A DNA stretch of 64,000 nt from Candidatus Omnitrophota bacterium (GCA_035368605.1 DAOSLF010000005.1:54520-118519), one strand, 5' to 3'; positions 17,402 through 26,745 are shown, counted from the first letter of the stretch. The notes: generated by a model from the letters alone, not told the origin. A program made the numbers and translations.

Positions 17402-17956
17402 TCAGAGCGCGCCGTCATAGCGGTTGAACGCGCCGATCTCCGCGAGAGACTTCCGGTTCTTCGGAACAACCTGGTCCTCGGCCGGGTACCCGAGCGCGAT
17501 CACGACGTCGACCTTGCGGTCCTTCGGGACGCCGAGCTCCTCCTTCAGGGCCTTCTCATCGAACCAGCCGACCCAGCAGGTCCCGAGGCCGAGCTCCCGG
17601 GCCCGCAGGACAAAGTGCTCTCCCGCGATTCCGATATCGGTCAGGTAATATTCGGTCTTCCGGACCTGCGCCCCGACGGCGGCGAGAAACTTCATCTTTT
17701 CCGAAACCACCGCGATAATCACGGGCGCGTTCTTCGCGAACTCGTTCATGGAATAAAGTCCCGAAAAGATTCTCCCCGCGAGCCGCGCGCGTTTCCCGGG
17801 ATCATCCACCACAATAAATTTCCAGGGCTGGGAATTGCACGCCGACGGCGCGAGGCGGGCCGCCTCGAGGCAGGCAAGAATATCCTCCCGCTTGACGGGT
17901 TTATCGGAAAATCGCCGGACGCTTCTTCGCTTCAGGACAAGATCAGTAAAGGACAT
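17402..17956 (-). CDS. Nitroreductase family protein (FMN-dependent)
   Basis: RRSVRRFSDKPVKREDILACLEAARLAPSACNSQPWKFIVV. An AAGGAG SD lies upstream. Confidence 0.85.
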   Translation of the reverse strand: MSFTDLVLKRRSVRRFSDKPVKREDILACLEAARLAPSACNSQPWKFIVVDDPGKRARLAGRIFSGLYSMNEFAKNAPVIIAVVSEKMKFLAAVGAQVRKTEYYLTDIGIAGEHFVLRARELGLGTCWVGWFDEKALKEELGVPKDRKVDVVIALGYPAEDQVVPKNRKSLAEIGAFNRYDGAL

Positions 17957-18272
17957 GCCGTATCTCCTTGAGGGAAGTGATTCTACACCCTGACCTCAAA
18001 AGGGCTACCGTTAATTTCAAGCCCCCGGAAGCCGATGTTCAAACGGGCCCCAAAACCGCCGTTATCTATTATTCCTGAAAAAGAGGCGACAAGATCCGCG
18101 ACGCGCTCATGAAAAAGTACGGAAATCCGCACAAGACCTCGCGATATTACCGGCATTACAAATGGCGCGGCTCCTCGTTCGGCGAGGAGATTATCCTGGA
18201 TTGTTTCCGGGATTCGGAGAAGATGAAGAACACGACCGAACCGGTCTTCGACGCCGGCAAGGCATATCGCCC

Positions 18273-18908
18273 CTAACCGGCCGCGGCGTTCCCGCCCATC
18301 CCTTTCACGACATACTCCAGCACGACATCCGCCTGTTTGGCCGCCGCGATGGCGACGCGCGGCGCGAGCGCCGGCGTTCTCCGGATGTCGGAGCGAAGAT
18401 CCCCGATCATCACGAGGTTCTCCCTGATGCGATGGATGCGAATCTCGTCGCTGGCGCCGATCCCCCCGAGTCCCGAAGCGGTCACGAGGAATTTTCCCGT
18501 TGGCAGCAGCGTTTCGACGAACATGCTTTTCGCGTCGGCCTGGTCGAAACATTCCACGACGGCGTCGCATTCCGCGAACACGGAAGGGAGATTCGAGCGG
18601 TCGAGCTTCAGGACGAGCGCGTGAAGGGTCAGGCCCGGAAGCGTCCGGTGAAGGTTCTCGGCCAGCGCCTCGACCTTCGGCCTCCCGACCTGGTCCGCGA
18701 AATAAGCCTGCCGGTCCAGGTTCGTGTCGTCGATCACGTCAAAATCCGCGATCACAAGGTCCCGGAACCCCGAACGCACGAGAGCGGTCGCGCAATTCGA
18801 GCCGAGCCCGCCCGCGCCCGCGATCCCGATCTTCGCGGCCCGCACCCGCCGGAAACCTTCAGCGCCGAGCTTCGCGATCAGGTCCCTTTCGAAGGCTTCG
18901 GGATTCAT
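18273..18908 (-). CDS. thiF: ThiF/MoeB-type E1-like adenylyltransferase (sulfur carrier protein ThiS adenylyltransferase)
   Basis: Rossmann motif IGIAGAGGLGS and ADFDVIDDTNLDRQ. It is the last gene of thiSGHF, overlapping thiH by 4 nt. Confidence 0.85.
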   Translation of the reverse strand: MNPEAFERDLIAKLGAEGFRRVRAAKIGIAGAGGLGSNCATALVRSGFRDLVIADFDVIDDTNLDRQAYFADQVGRPKVEALAENLHRTLPGLTLHALVLKLDRSNLPSVFAECDAVVECFDQADAKSMFVETLLPTGKFLVTASGLGGIGASDEIRIHRIRENLVMIGDLRSDIRRTPALAPRVAIAAAKQADVVLEYVVKGMGGNAAAG

Positions 18909-20017
18909 ATCGGCATCCAGTCCTTCAGGACAGGTTGATAACCTTTCGCCGCGAGCATGGCCTTGATCGCCTCGACATCGCGTTCGTCCGCGATCCGGAA
19001 CTGTGGCGCGCTCCGGTCAGTTTTTGTCGCGAGCGTGTGCCCGCCCACTTCGGTAGTGGAACCCGCCGACATTTTCGTGATCCCCAGAGGAACGAGGTGT
19101 TCCCGGAGTTCCGACGATTCCCGCGTCGAGAGCGTGAGCCCGAGGCGCGACAGGAAAAGCCGCATCGCGAGGATGATCTGGACGAAGTCCCGGTCGCTGA
19201 TCTTTTCATCTCCACGGAAATCGCCTTCGTGGGGCCTGAGACGCGGCACCGAGGCGCCGACCTCCACGTCCGGGAAAGTGTCCTGCAGGTACCGAGCGTG
19301 GAGCCCGAGACGAAAGGCCTCGACGCGCCAATCGCTCAGACCGAGTAATGCCCCGATATTCACAGACCGCATTCCGCTCCTCGCGGCCCGTTCGGGGGCC
19401 TCGAGACGGAACCGGAAATCTTTCTTCGGCCCGGACCGGTGGACGCGGTCATAGACGGCTTCGTCGTAGGTCTCCTGGTAGATCGTGAGACCGTCCACCC
19501 CTTCGGCGGCCAGTTCGGCATACTCGGCTTCCGTGAGCGCGTAGACCTCGACCGAGATCGAACTGAAATGTTTCCTGAGGACCTGGACCGCGTCCCTGAT
19601 ATAAGAGACCGGTGCCCGCTTGCGGGCATCTCCCGTCAGAATAAGGATATGTTCCAGACCGGTCGAAGCGATGTACGCGGCTTCGCGCTCCACTTCCTCA
19701 AGGGTCATGGTCCGCCGCGGCAAACGGTTCGTCGCGTTGAACCCGCAATACTCGCACTGGTTCTCGCAGAAGTTCGAAAGGTACATCGGCGTGTAAAGCT
19801 GGATGACCCGTCCGAACTGCCGGAGGGTGATCTCATGGGCCCGCTGCGCCATAAGCTCGATCTGGTCCGCCGCCGCCGGCGAAAGCAGGGCGAAGAGCCG
19901 TTCGGAACGCGGGTCGTCGTCGAGGACCGCGCGCCGGACCTCCGCGGCCGTCACATCACGGAAGGCGTTCGCGGAAAAAAAATCTTTGTATTGTTGAAGG
20001 GTATCGTAGAAGCTCAT
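18905..20017 (-). CDS. thiH: 2-iminoacetate synthase ThiH (radical SAM tyrosine lyase)
   Basis: The radical-SAM cysteine motif sits in YLSNFCENQCEYCGF. Length is 370 aa, in a thiG/thiF context. Confidence 0.9.
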   Translation of the reverse strand: MSFYDTLQQYKDFFSANAFRDVTAAEVRRAVLDDDPRSERLFALLSPAAADQIELMAQRAHEITLRQFGRVIQLYTPMYLSNFCENQCEYCGFNATNRLPRRTMTLEEVEREAAYIASTGLEHILILTGDARKRAPVSYIRDAVQVLRKHFSSISVEVYALTEAEYAELAAEGVDGLTIYQETYDEAVYDRVHRSGPKKDFRFRLEAPERAARSGMRSVNIGALLGLSDWRVEAFRLGLHARYLQDTFPDVEVGASVPRLRPHEGDFRGDEKISDRDFVQIILAMRLFLSRLGLTLSTRESSELREHLVPLGITKMSAGSTTEVGGHTLATKTDRSAPQFRIADERDVEAIKAMLAAKGYQPVLKDWMPI

Positions 20018-20068
20018 GTTTGATAAACATCGGGGACATACCTCGCATGAAACGGGGTGAGCCCCGAT

Positions 20069-20845
20069 TTATTCATTCCTTAAAAAACCGGTAAGCGGGG
20101 ACGACGCGTTCGCGACCTGGCCCCGCGCGGGAAGTCCGGCAAGGCAGGCCCGGCGGCCGGCGATCACGGCCTCCCGGAAAGCGGCGGCCATCTGAACGGG
20201 ATCCTCCGCGATGGCGACGGCGGTGTTCACGAGGACCGCGGCGCAGCCCATCTCCAGGCACTCGCACGCCTGCGACGGACTGCCGAGCCCCGCGTCCACG
20301 ATGACGGGGACCTTGATCTCACGGACCATGATCCCGACAAGCTCGCGGGTCCTGAGACCCCGGTTGCTTCCGATCGGAGCGCCGAGCGGCATCACGGCCG
20401 CCGCGCCCGCGTCCGCCATGCGACGCGCCATTGAAAGGTCCGGGCTCATATAAGGAAGGACGATGAACCCCTCTTTCACGAGAATCTCCGTCGCCTTCAG
20501 CGTTTCGAGATTCTCCGGCAAAAGGTATTTATTGTCCCGGATGACCTCGATCTTCACCCAGTCCCCCGCGCCGCTCGCCCGCGCGAGTCTCGCGATGCGG
20601 ACCGCCTCGTCGGCGTTGCGGGCGCCGGAAGTGTTCGTCATAAGTACGCATTTTTTGGGGATGAAATCGAGGATGTTGTCCGTGGCGGAAGTGGCATCGA
20701 CCCTGCGAAGCGCGACGGTCACGATATCGGCACCCGAAGCCTCGACGGCTTTTTTCATAACGTCATGGCTCGGGAATTTCCCGGTCCCGAGCAGCAGGCG
20801 GCTCCGGAGTTCGCGGCCGCCGATCCTGAAAAGGTCCGTCATCTC
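20069..20845 (-). CDS. thiG: Thiazole synthase (start taken at MTDLFRIGG, overlapping the thiS stop)
   Basis: [32 protein letters not shown] is a ThiG TIM-barrel signature. It follows thiS. Confidence 0.9.
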   Translation of the reverse strand, partial: EMTDLFRIGGRELRSRLLLGTGKFPSHDVMKKAVEASGADIVTVALRRVDATSATDNILDFIPKKCVLMTNTSGARNADEAVRIARLARASGAGDWVKIEVIRDNKYLLPENLETLKATEILVKEGFIVLPYMSPDLSMARRMADAGAAAVMPLGAPIGSNRGLRTRELVGIMVREIKVPVIVDAGLGSPSQACECLEMGCAAVLVNTAVAIAEDPVQMAAAFREAVIAGRRACLAGLPARGQVANASSPLTGFLRNE

Positions 20846-21044
20846 ACCCTCCTCCGACAAAGCTGATAATCTCGAGGGTGTCGTTCTCGGCAAGCGTCAC
20901 GGTCTCCCATATCTCCCGCGGGACGATCCGGGCGTTGTGTTCGACCACGATCCCCTCGGGACGGAGATTCCTCGCGCCGATGAAGGCGGAAAGATTGACC
21001 GTTTTTTCGATACGCTCTTCTTTTCCGTTGATTCTGATGATCAT
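20844..21044 (-). CDS. thiS: Sulfur carrier protein ThiS
   Basis: 66-aa ubiquitin-like protein ending ...ISFVGGG. It sits upstream of thiG. Confidence 0.8.
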   Translation of the reverse strand: MIIRINGKEERIEKTVNLSAFIGARNLRPEGIVVEHNARIVPREIWETVTLAENDTLEIISFVGGG

Positions 21045-21154
21045 GAAGCTGTTCCCTTAAGATGTGCGGCAAGAGGGATTCCCGCGGGTCAGAAAATGAT
21101 ATGGGAATTATAGCGGGAATGGCCGCCGGAAACAACCCGCCCCGAACCCGGGTC

Positions 21155-21403
21155 CTACCCGGAGAAAAAACCTTTGACCCGGTCGAGAAGACCACTCAGG
21201 AATCCGGCCTTCCGAAGGACGCGGGCGCCGCAATAGAGACAATCCATGCTGTCCGCGGGAACGCGTTTCTTGCAGGAAGGGCACGGAACCGTTCCGGGGC
21301 CGAGGATTTCGTCTTTCGCCCATTTCTCCTTCAGGGCTTCGGGCGGCTCTTCGTCCCGGAGCTCCCAATCCTTCGGCTCATCATCTTCAAACATGTTCGT
21401 CAT
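21155..21403 (-). CDS. Small hypothetical zinc-ribbon protein (CPxC...CxxC)
   Basis: 82-aa ORF with an acidic N-terminus and CPSCKK...CLYCG. An AAGGA lies just upstream of the ATG. There is no homology beyond the motif. Confidence 0.35.
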   Translation of the reverse strand: MTNMFEDDEPKDWELRDEEPPEALKEKWAKDEILGPGTVPCPSCKKRVPADSMDCLYCGARVLRKAGFLSGLLDRVKGFFSG

Positions 21404-21575
21404 CCTTGATATCGGGGGCCGTCATTCCCGGCTGAAAACCGGCTGTTCCCGTTTTGAAGGATTGTACTACGAAAAACAATTCCGCCGCGCGGAACTTTCC
21501 GGAAAATCCGCGGGTCTAATCAAATAAAAATGTGAAGGTCCCGCCAAACCGGACCTCACGCCAAAGGAGCCTCTC

Positions 21576-22343
21576 ATGAAAAGAAACCTTTTTATACTCG
21601 TGCCTCTTCTTACCGTGACTCTCGCGATCTTCTCCGCGCGAACCGCTTTCGCGGGGCCAAAACCCGGGCCGGGCATTGACCGGCACAAACATTATGAGCC
21701 TTACTGTCCGCGCCCCGGCCGGTATTACCACACCCTCCCTCCCGGTCATCTCACAATGCGGGTCGCGAACATGCTCTTCTATTACAGGGACGGCGTCTAT
21801 TACCGGGAGACCCCTTCCGGATACGTGATCGTCAACGCGCCCGCGGGGGCCGTGATCCGGGAACTTCCTCCCTATTACAAACAGATTCCGTATGAGAACA
21901 ACGTCTATTACTATTACAACAACACCTATTACGTCCGGCATCCGGCCGGTTACACCGTCGTGAATCCCCCGGCGCAGGTCGTGGTTTCGAATCCGCCTGC
22001 CGTCGAAGCGCCGAAAGAAACGGTCGTCGTGACGGTACCGAACCCGAACGGCAGCTACATCCCGGTCACGCTCGAGAAATACAGTGACGGTTACAAGGGC
22101 CCGAACGGCGAGTTCTATCCGGATTACCCGACCATCGACCAGTTGAAGGCAATGTACGCGGTGGCTTCGGCGACCGCCGAGCGTCCGCTGCCGGAGGAAC
22201 TGGAGTTCCAGGTCCCCAACAGGAACGGCAGCTTTACGAAGGTCACGCTCCGAAGAACGAAGGACGGCTACGTGGGGCCCGAGGGCGAGTATTACAAAGA
22301 CAAGCCCACAATGGATCAGTTGAAGGTCATGTACGCGAAATAA
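21576..22343 (+). CDS. Secreted Tyr-rich hypothetical protein with an internal tandem ~40-aa repeat
   Basis: It has a strong AAGGAG SD and the signal peptide MKRNLFILVPLLTVTLAIFSARTAFA. A YY/GYxVVNPP-rich region follows. Two repeats are NPNGSYIPVTLEKYSDGYKGPNGEFYPDYPTIDQLKAMYA and NRNGSFTKVTLRRTKDGYVGPEGEYYKDKPTMDQLKVMYA. Confidence 0.7.
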   Translation: MKRNLFILVPLLTVTLAIFSARTAFAGPKPGPGIDRHKHYEPYCPRPGRYYHTLPPGHLTMRVANMLFYYRDGVYYRETPSGYVIVNAPAGAVIRELPPYYKQIPYENNVYYYYNNTYYVRHPAGYTVVNPPAQVVVSNPPAVEAPKETVVVTVPNPNGSYIPVTLEKYSDGYKGPNGEFYPDYPTIDQLKAMYAVASATAERPLPEELEFQVPNRNGSFTKVTLRRTKDGYVGPEGEYYKDKPTMDQLKVMYAK

Positions 22344-22372
22344 GGACCGCTGACAAAAAAGGCCGCCCCCTG

Positions 22373-23161
22373 TTACTCCCCGAGGAATTCTCGAAGCCTG
22401 GGACCGATCAGGTCCTTCGATTCAAAGAAACCGTCATTGTGCCCGCCCCGGATCTCAAGGGATTCTTTCGGGTCCGCCGCGGCCCGGAACAGGTCGGCGC
22501 CGAGACGCGGAGGAACGATTTTGTCCTCCCGGCTCCGGATGAAAAGTTTGGGGACCTTGAGCGAGGCAACCGCTTCCCGGGTATCGAACCGGCTCGCCAG
22601 GATCCAGGGCGGGATCACGGGATAATGGGCACGGGCCATGTCCCCGATGTTCGTAAAACTGTTTTCGAAGATTACGGCGCCGAGCGGTCGCCGCGTCGCG
22701 AGATGGGCAACGACGGACCCGCCGATCGATTCGCCATAGCCCGTGATTCGTTCCGGAGGAACCCCGCGTGAACGCAGGTAATCGTACGCCGCTTCGGCAT
22801 CCCGGTAGAAACCCTGCTCTCCCGGCCGGCCTTCGCTGTTCCCGTAGCCGCGATAGTCCAGGATCAGGACCCCGTACCCCAAGCCGTTCAGGAACGCGAG
22901 CTTCTCGATCCGGTGGCTGATGTTCCCCGCGTTCCCGTGACAGAAAAGGAATACTTTGGCGCCTTCCCTGCCGGGCAGATACCACGCGTTCAGTTTCTGC
23001 CGGTCCGTAGTCTCGAAATAAACATCTTCGAACCGGAGACCGTACGCGGAAGGGAGCGCGGCCAGGGGCTTGACGGGAAAAAAGATCGCGCGGCCTTCAA
23101 GGAACCGGACCGCGAGGAACGGGAGCGCTACGAGGGTCAGCAGCGTCAGAAACCTGGTCAT
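22373..23161 (-). CDS. Alpha/beta hydrolase (start at MTRFLTLLTL; the listed ORF is 5'-extended)
   Basis: It has a signal/TM N-terminus, the nucleophile elbow GYGESIGGS, an HGNAGN motif and a downstream His. An SD GGGGAAGG lies upstream. Confidence 0.8.
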   Translation of the reverse strand: MTRFLTLLTLVALPFLAVRFLEGRAIFFPVKPLAALPSAYGLRFEDVYFETTDRQKLNAWYLPGREGAKVFLFCHGNAGNISHRIEKLAFLNGLGYGVLILDYRGYGNSEGRPGEQGFYRDAEAAYDYLRSRGVPPERITGYGESIGGSVVAHLATRRPLGAVIFENSFTNIGDMARAHYPVIPPWILASRFDTREAVASLKVPKLFIRSREDKIVPPRLGADLFRAAADPKESLEIRGGHNDGFFESKDLIGPRLREFLGE

Positions 23162-23210
23162 GAGGGTCACCTTCCCCCGCGATTCCGTCAGCCGCGGAAC
23201 GGTCCGGCGA

Positions 23211-23420
23211 TCATTTGGAGGGCGCGCCGGCACCGCCGCCAACGCCCGTTTTTTTGAGGACCGCCTCGGCAAGGCACCAGCCGGTGAAGGCGGACTGGAT
23301 CAGGTTGAGGCCGACCAGGACGGTCCAGATCAGCCACCAGGGACTCACCAGGACCGCGAGCGCGACGCTCATCAGAATGAAGCTTCCCGCGATAACACGG
23401 ATGTGTTTTTCAATAGTCAT
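23211..23420 (-). CDS. DUF2892 (YgaP-like) small inner-membrane protein, 69 aa
   Basis: The unlisted real start is inside ORF 23211..24008. The sequence is MTIEKHIRVIAGSFILMSVALAVLVSPWWLIWTVLVGLNLIQSAFTGWCLAEAVL..., where LxQSAFTGWC is the DUF2892 hallmark. A GGAGG SD lies 7 nt upstream. Confidence 0.6.
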   Translation of the reverse strand: MTIEKHIRVIAGSFILMSVALAVLVSPWWLIWTVLVGLNLIQSAFTGWCLAEAVLKKTGVGGGAGAPSK

Positions 23421-23429
23421 TTCAGAACC

Positions 23430-23500
23430 TCCGGGTGCGGGGTACAAGGCGGAAAAACCGGACCTTTGCCTCCGGACTCCGCACCCCGTACCTCGTACTA
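23430..23500. repeat. Family-B repeat, copy R4, directly abutting and including the TAG stop of the RND gene
   Basis: The minus-strand reading is CTAGTACGAGGTACGGGGTGCGGAGTCCGG..., nested in a 12-bp outer stem GGCGGAAAAACC/GGTTTTTCCGCC. A large stem-loop sits between the RND gene and the DUF2892 gene. Confidence 0.5.
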
Positions 23501-26500
23501 GGTTTTTTCCGCCATCATATAATAGAACACCGGCACCGCCGTGCGGGACAGGACCGTCGAAGCGATCTCCCCCGCCATGAGCGACACGGCAAGTCCCTGG
23601 AAGATGGGATCGAACAGGATGACCGCGGCTCCGACCACGACGGCCGCCGCCGTAAGGAGCATCGGACGGAACCGCTTCGCGCCCGCGTCGACGACGGCCT
23701 CCTCGAGCGGCATCCCGGCCGCGCGCTGGAGTTCGATGAAATCGACGAGGATGATGGAGTTCCGGACCACGATCCCCGCGCCCGCGATCATACCGATCAT
23801 CGAGGTCGCCGTAAAGAAAACGCCGCCGAGCCAATGCGCGGGCAGGATGCCGATCAGCGTCAGCGGAATCGGGAGCATGATGATCCACGGCGTCTTGAAC
23901 GACTGGAACCAGCCGACCACGAGCGCGTAGATGAGGAGCAGGACGAACGCGAACGCGATCCCGAGGTCGCGGAACACCTCGAAGGTAATCTGCCACTCTC
24001 CGTCCCACTTCACGGTCCAGCGGTCCGCGCTGCGGGGCTGGCCGTTAAAGAGCTGGTCGAGCGTCTTCTGCCCCTCGTGGTTCTCGGGGGCCGGGATCTT
24101 CGCGATGTCTTTTTTGAGCTTCAGAATCGCGTAGGCCGGGCTCTCGAACCGGCCCGCCACGTCCGCGAGCACGTACGAGACACGCATCAGGTTCTTGTGG
24201 TAAATCGCAAGGTCCTTCGTGCCGCTCTCGATATCGACCAGCTCTCTCACGGGGATCGGATTGCCGTACCGTGAAAGCAACGTCATGTTGAGGACACTGT
24301 CGAGCGTCGCGCGTTTTTCCCTGGGGAGCCTGAGGAGAATCTCGACCGGCTCATATTCCTCGGACAGATGGGCAAGGTCCACCGTTTTTCCGCCGATCGC
24401 CGTCGCGACCGCTTCCGCGACCTGGTCAACGGGGATGCCGTTCAGGGAGGCCTTTTCGGTGTTCACCCGCAAGCGGGCGAGTTTTTCGGGAGCCTGGACG
24501 TAAGTATCGATATCCGTCACGCCTTCACTCGAGGCAAGCAGCCGTTCAATCTCCCGCGCGAGCCCGTTCTGCCCTTCGCGCGACGGGCCGTAAATCTCGA
24601 GCACAAGCGTCGAGAGGACCGGCGGGCCGGGCGGAACTTCCGCGACCTGGACATGGCCGCCGTGGGTCCGGACGATCTCATGGATCCTCGGACGGACCGC
24701 CTTCGCGATGTCATGACTCTGGCGTTTCCGGTCGTGTTTCCCGGCGAGGTTCACCTGGAGGTCGGCCTGGTGGGGTCTGGAACGCAGGAAGTAATGACGC
24801 ACGAGCCCGTTGAAATTATAAGGCGCCGCGCACCCGGCGTAGAGTTCGACATCCTTCACCTCCGGCACCGTCACGAGGTAATCGGCGATCTCCGTGATTA
24901 CCTCCCGGGTCTTTTCGATCGCCGTGCCGTCCGGCATGTTCAGGATGACCTGAAACTCGTTCTTGTTATCGAACGGGAGCATCTTCATCCGGACCAGTTT
25001 CAGCGGCACAAGCGCCATCGACGCAAGCAACAGACCGCCGAGAGCCCAAAGAAAAATATGCCGCACCTTCGCGTTACGGATCAGCGGGTTCATGTAGGAG
25101 CGGTAAAGACGGGTCAGGAAATCCTCCCTTTCGCCCTCGTGATGCGCCTTGAGCTTCCCTTTCGCGAACGCGCGGCCGAGAATCTGGTAAGCCGCCCACG
25201 GTGTCGCCACGAACGCGATGACCATCGAGAACATCATCGCCGCGCTCGCCCCGATCGGGATCGGTCTCATGTAAGGACCCATGAGCCCCCGCACGAACGC
25301 CATCGGAAGGATCGCCGCGACCACGGTGAGGGTCGCGAGGATGAGGGGGCTTCTGACCTCGTTGACCGCCTCGATCGTGATATCGAGGATATTTTTCCCC
25401 CTGTTTTCCGGCATCCGCAGATGCCGGACGATGTTCTCGACATCGACGATCGGATCGTCGACCAGTATCCCGATCGAAAAGATCAGCGCGAAGAGCGTGA
25501 TGCGGTTCAGCGTGAAACCGAGGAAATAGAACGTCGCGAGCGTGAGCGCGAGCGTCATCGGGATCGCGATCGCGATGACGCCGGATTCATGCCGTCCGAG
25601 CACCCAGGCGATCAGGACGCTCACGCCGAAGACCGCGATCGCCATATGGAACAGCAGTTCGTCGGATTTCTCCTTCGCCGTCTCGCCGTAGTCGCGCGTC
25701 ACGGTCATCCCGATATCCTTCGGAAGCGTCGCCTCCGGCAATTCCCGGATCGCGTGGAGAATCTCCTCCGACAGTCGGGCCGCGTTCGCGCCCTTGCGCT
25801 TGGAGACCGCGAGCGTCACCGCACCGAAGGGACCTTTTTCCGTTTCCCGGGAAGCCGGGCCGAAAAAAATCTCCGTCGCGCGTTCCTCTTCGTCGGGACC
25901 GTCCGCGACCGCCGCGATGTCTTTCAGCGTCACGACCGCTCCCGCGCTCACGCCGACGACCAGGTTCTCGAGATCGGCCTTCGTGCGAAAGAAGGAGTCC
26001 GATTCGACATGTTCGATCTCGGGAGAACTTTCGAGATGAGCCGCGCCCTGTTTCACGTTGGCGGAGCGGATGATCCCCGCGATTTCGAGCGGGTTCAGCA
26101 GGCGCGCCTTCAGTTTCTCCTCGTCAAAGAACACCTGGAACTGCCGTTTGCGGCCGCCCGTGATCGCGGTCTCCGAAACGTCGGGGATCGCGTTCACGAT
26201 GTTCCGGATGTTCGCGACCGTCCGGCGAAGCGTGACGGGGTCTCTTGCCTTCGAATGAAACGTGAGCGTGAGGATCGGCACGTCGTCGATCGACCGGACC
26301 TTGATGAACGGCTGCGCCGAACCCTGGGGCAGGAAATCGAGATTGGAGTAGATCTTCGTGTAGAGATTAATCAGGCTCTTTTCGGGGTCTTCGCCGACCT
26401 TGAACCGGACAATGATGAGCGCGCCTTCGGGTTCGATCGTGGAGTAGACGTACTCGACGCCGGGGATCTCCCAGAGCTTGCGTTCGCCGAGCGTCACGAT

Positions 26501-26710
26501 CCGCTGCTCGACCTCCTTCGAATCCGCGCCGGGAAACTTGACGAAGATATCGAACATCGGAACCGAAATCTGCGGCTCCTCCTCGCGCGGCAGGTTTATG
26601 ACCGCGAAGACACCGACGACGAGCGATACCGCGATGATGAGGGGCGTGATCTTCGATTTCGCGAAGTAGATGACGATCTTGCCGATGATGTCCGAATGAT
26701 GTGCGCTCAT
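23498..26710 (-). CDS. RND efflux transporter permease (AcrB/HAE1-like), 1070 aa
   Basis: 12-TM protein with two large periplasmic loops and the typical AcrB N-terminus MSAHHSDIIGKIVIYFAKSKITPLIIAVSLVVGVFAVINLP. Confidence 0.9.
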   Translation of the reverse strand: MSAHHSDIIGKIVIYFAKSKITPLIIAVSLVVGVFAVINLPREEEPQISVPMFDIFVKFPGADSKEVEQRIVTLGERKLWEIPGVEYVYSTIEPEGALIIVRFKVGEDPEKSLINLYTKIYSNLDFLPQGSAQPFIKVRSIDDVPILTLTFHSKARDPVTLRRTVANIRNIVNAIPDVSETAITGGRKRQFQVFFDEEKLKARLLNPLEIAGIIRSANVKQGAAHLESSPEIEHVESDSFFRTKADLENLVVGVSAGAVVTLKDIAAVADGPDEEERATEIFFGPASRETEKGPFGAVTLAVSKRKGANAARLSEEILHAIRELPEATLPKDIGMTVTRDYGETAKEKSDELLFHMAIAVFGVSVLIAWVLGRHESGVIAIAIPMTLALTLATFYFLGFTLNRITLFALIFSIGILVDDPIVDVENIVRHLRMPENRGKNILDITIEAVNEVRSPLILATLTVVAAILPMAFVRGLMGPYMRPIPIGASAAMMFSMVIAFVATPWAAYQILGRAFAKGKLKAHHEGEREDFLTRLYRSYMNPLIRNAKVRHIFLWALGGLLLASMALVPLKLVRMKMLPFDNKNEFQVILNMPDGTAIEKTREVITEIADYLVTVPEVKDVELYAGCAAPYNFNGLVRHYFLRSRPHQADLQVNLAGKHDRKRQSHDIAKAVRPRIHEIVRTHGGHVQVAEVPPGPPVLSTLVLEIYGPSREGQNGLAREIERLLASSEGVTDIDTYVQAPEKLARLRVNTEKASLNGIPVDQVAEAVATAIGGKTVDLAHLSEEYEPVEILLRLPREKRATLDSVLNMTLLSRYGNPIPVRELVDIESGTKDLAIYHKNLMRVSYVLADVAGRFESPAYAILKLKKDIAKIPAPENHEGQKTLDQLFNGQPRSADRWTVKWDGEWQITFEVFRDLGIAFAFVLLLIYALVVGWFQSFKTPWIIMLPIPLTLIGILPAHWLGGVFFTATSMIGMIAGAGIVVRNSIILVDFIELQRAAGMPLEEAVVDAGAKRFRPMLLTAAAVVVGAAVILFDPIFQGLAVSLMAGEIASTVLSRTAVPVFYYMMAEKT

Positions 26711-26724
26711 TATCCCTCAACCGA

Positions 26725-26745
26725 ATCCAACCTCGCAGGTTGGAT
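26725..26745. repeat. Family-A palindrome ATCCAACCTCGCAGGTTGGAT (copy 4) in the 38-nt spacer between the TolC-like and RND genes
   Basis: Exact palindrome, with flanks aaccgAATCCAACC...GGTTGGATtggtt extending it to about 34 bp. Confidence 0.8.

Noticed and set aside
18110-18280. Small plus-strand ORF MKKYGNPHKTSRYYRHYKWRGSSFGEEIILDCFRDSEKMKNTTEPVFDAGKAYRP in the nitroreductase-thiF gap
   Set aside because: No adequate SD (the nearest AAGAGG is about 25 nt upstream), opposite strand to all neighbours, and no recognisable family. Noted but not called.
17983-18570. 195-aa Arg-rich minus-strand ORF between the nitroreductase and thiF
   Set aside because: It has no domain, an extreme Arg/Gly composition, and overlaps thiF. 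It is a GC-rich artefact.
21045-21154. Expected TPP riboswitch upstream of thiS
   Set aside because: No CUGAGA or pyrimidine-sensor helix consensus was found on either strand by eye. Absence is reported as a finding, not a feature.
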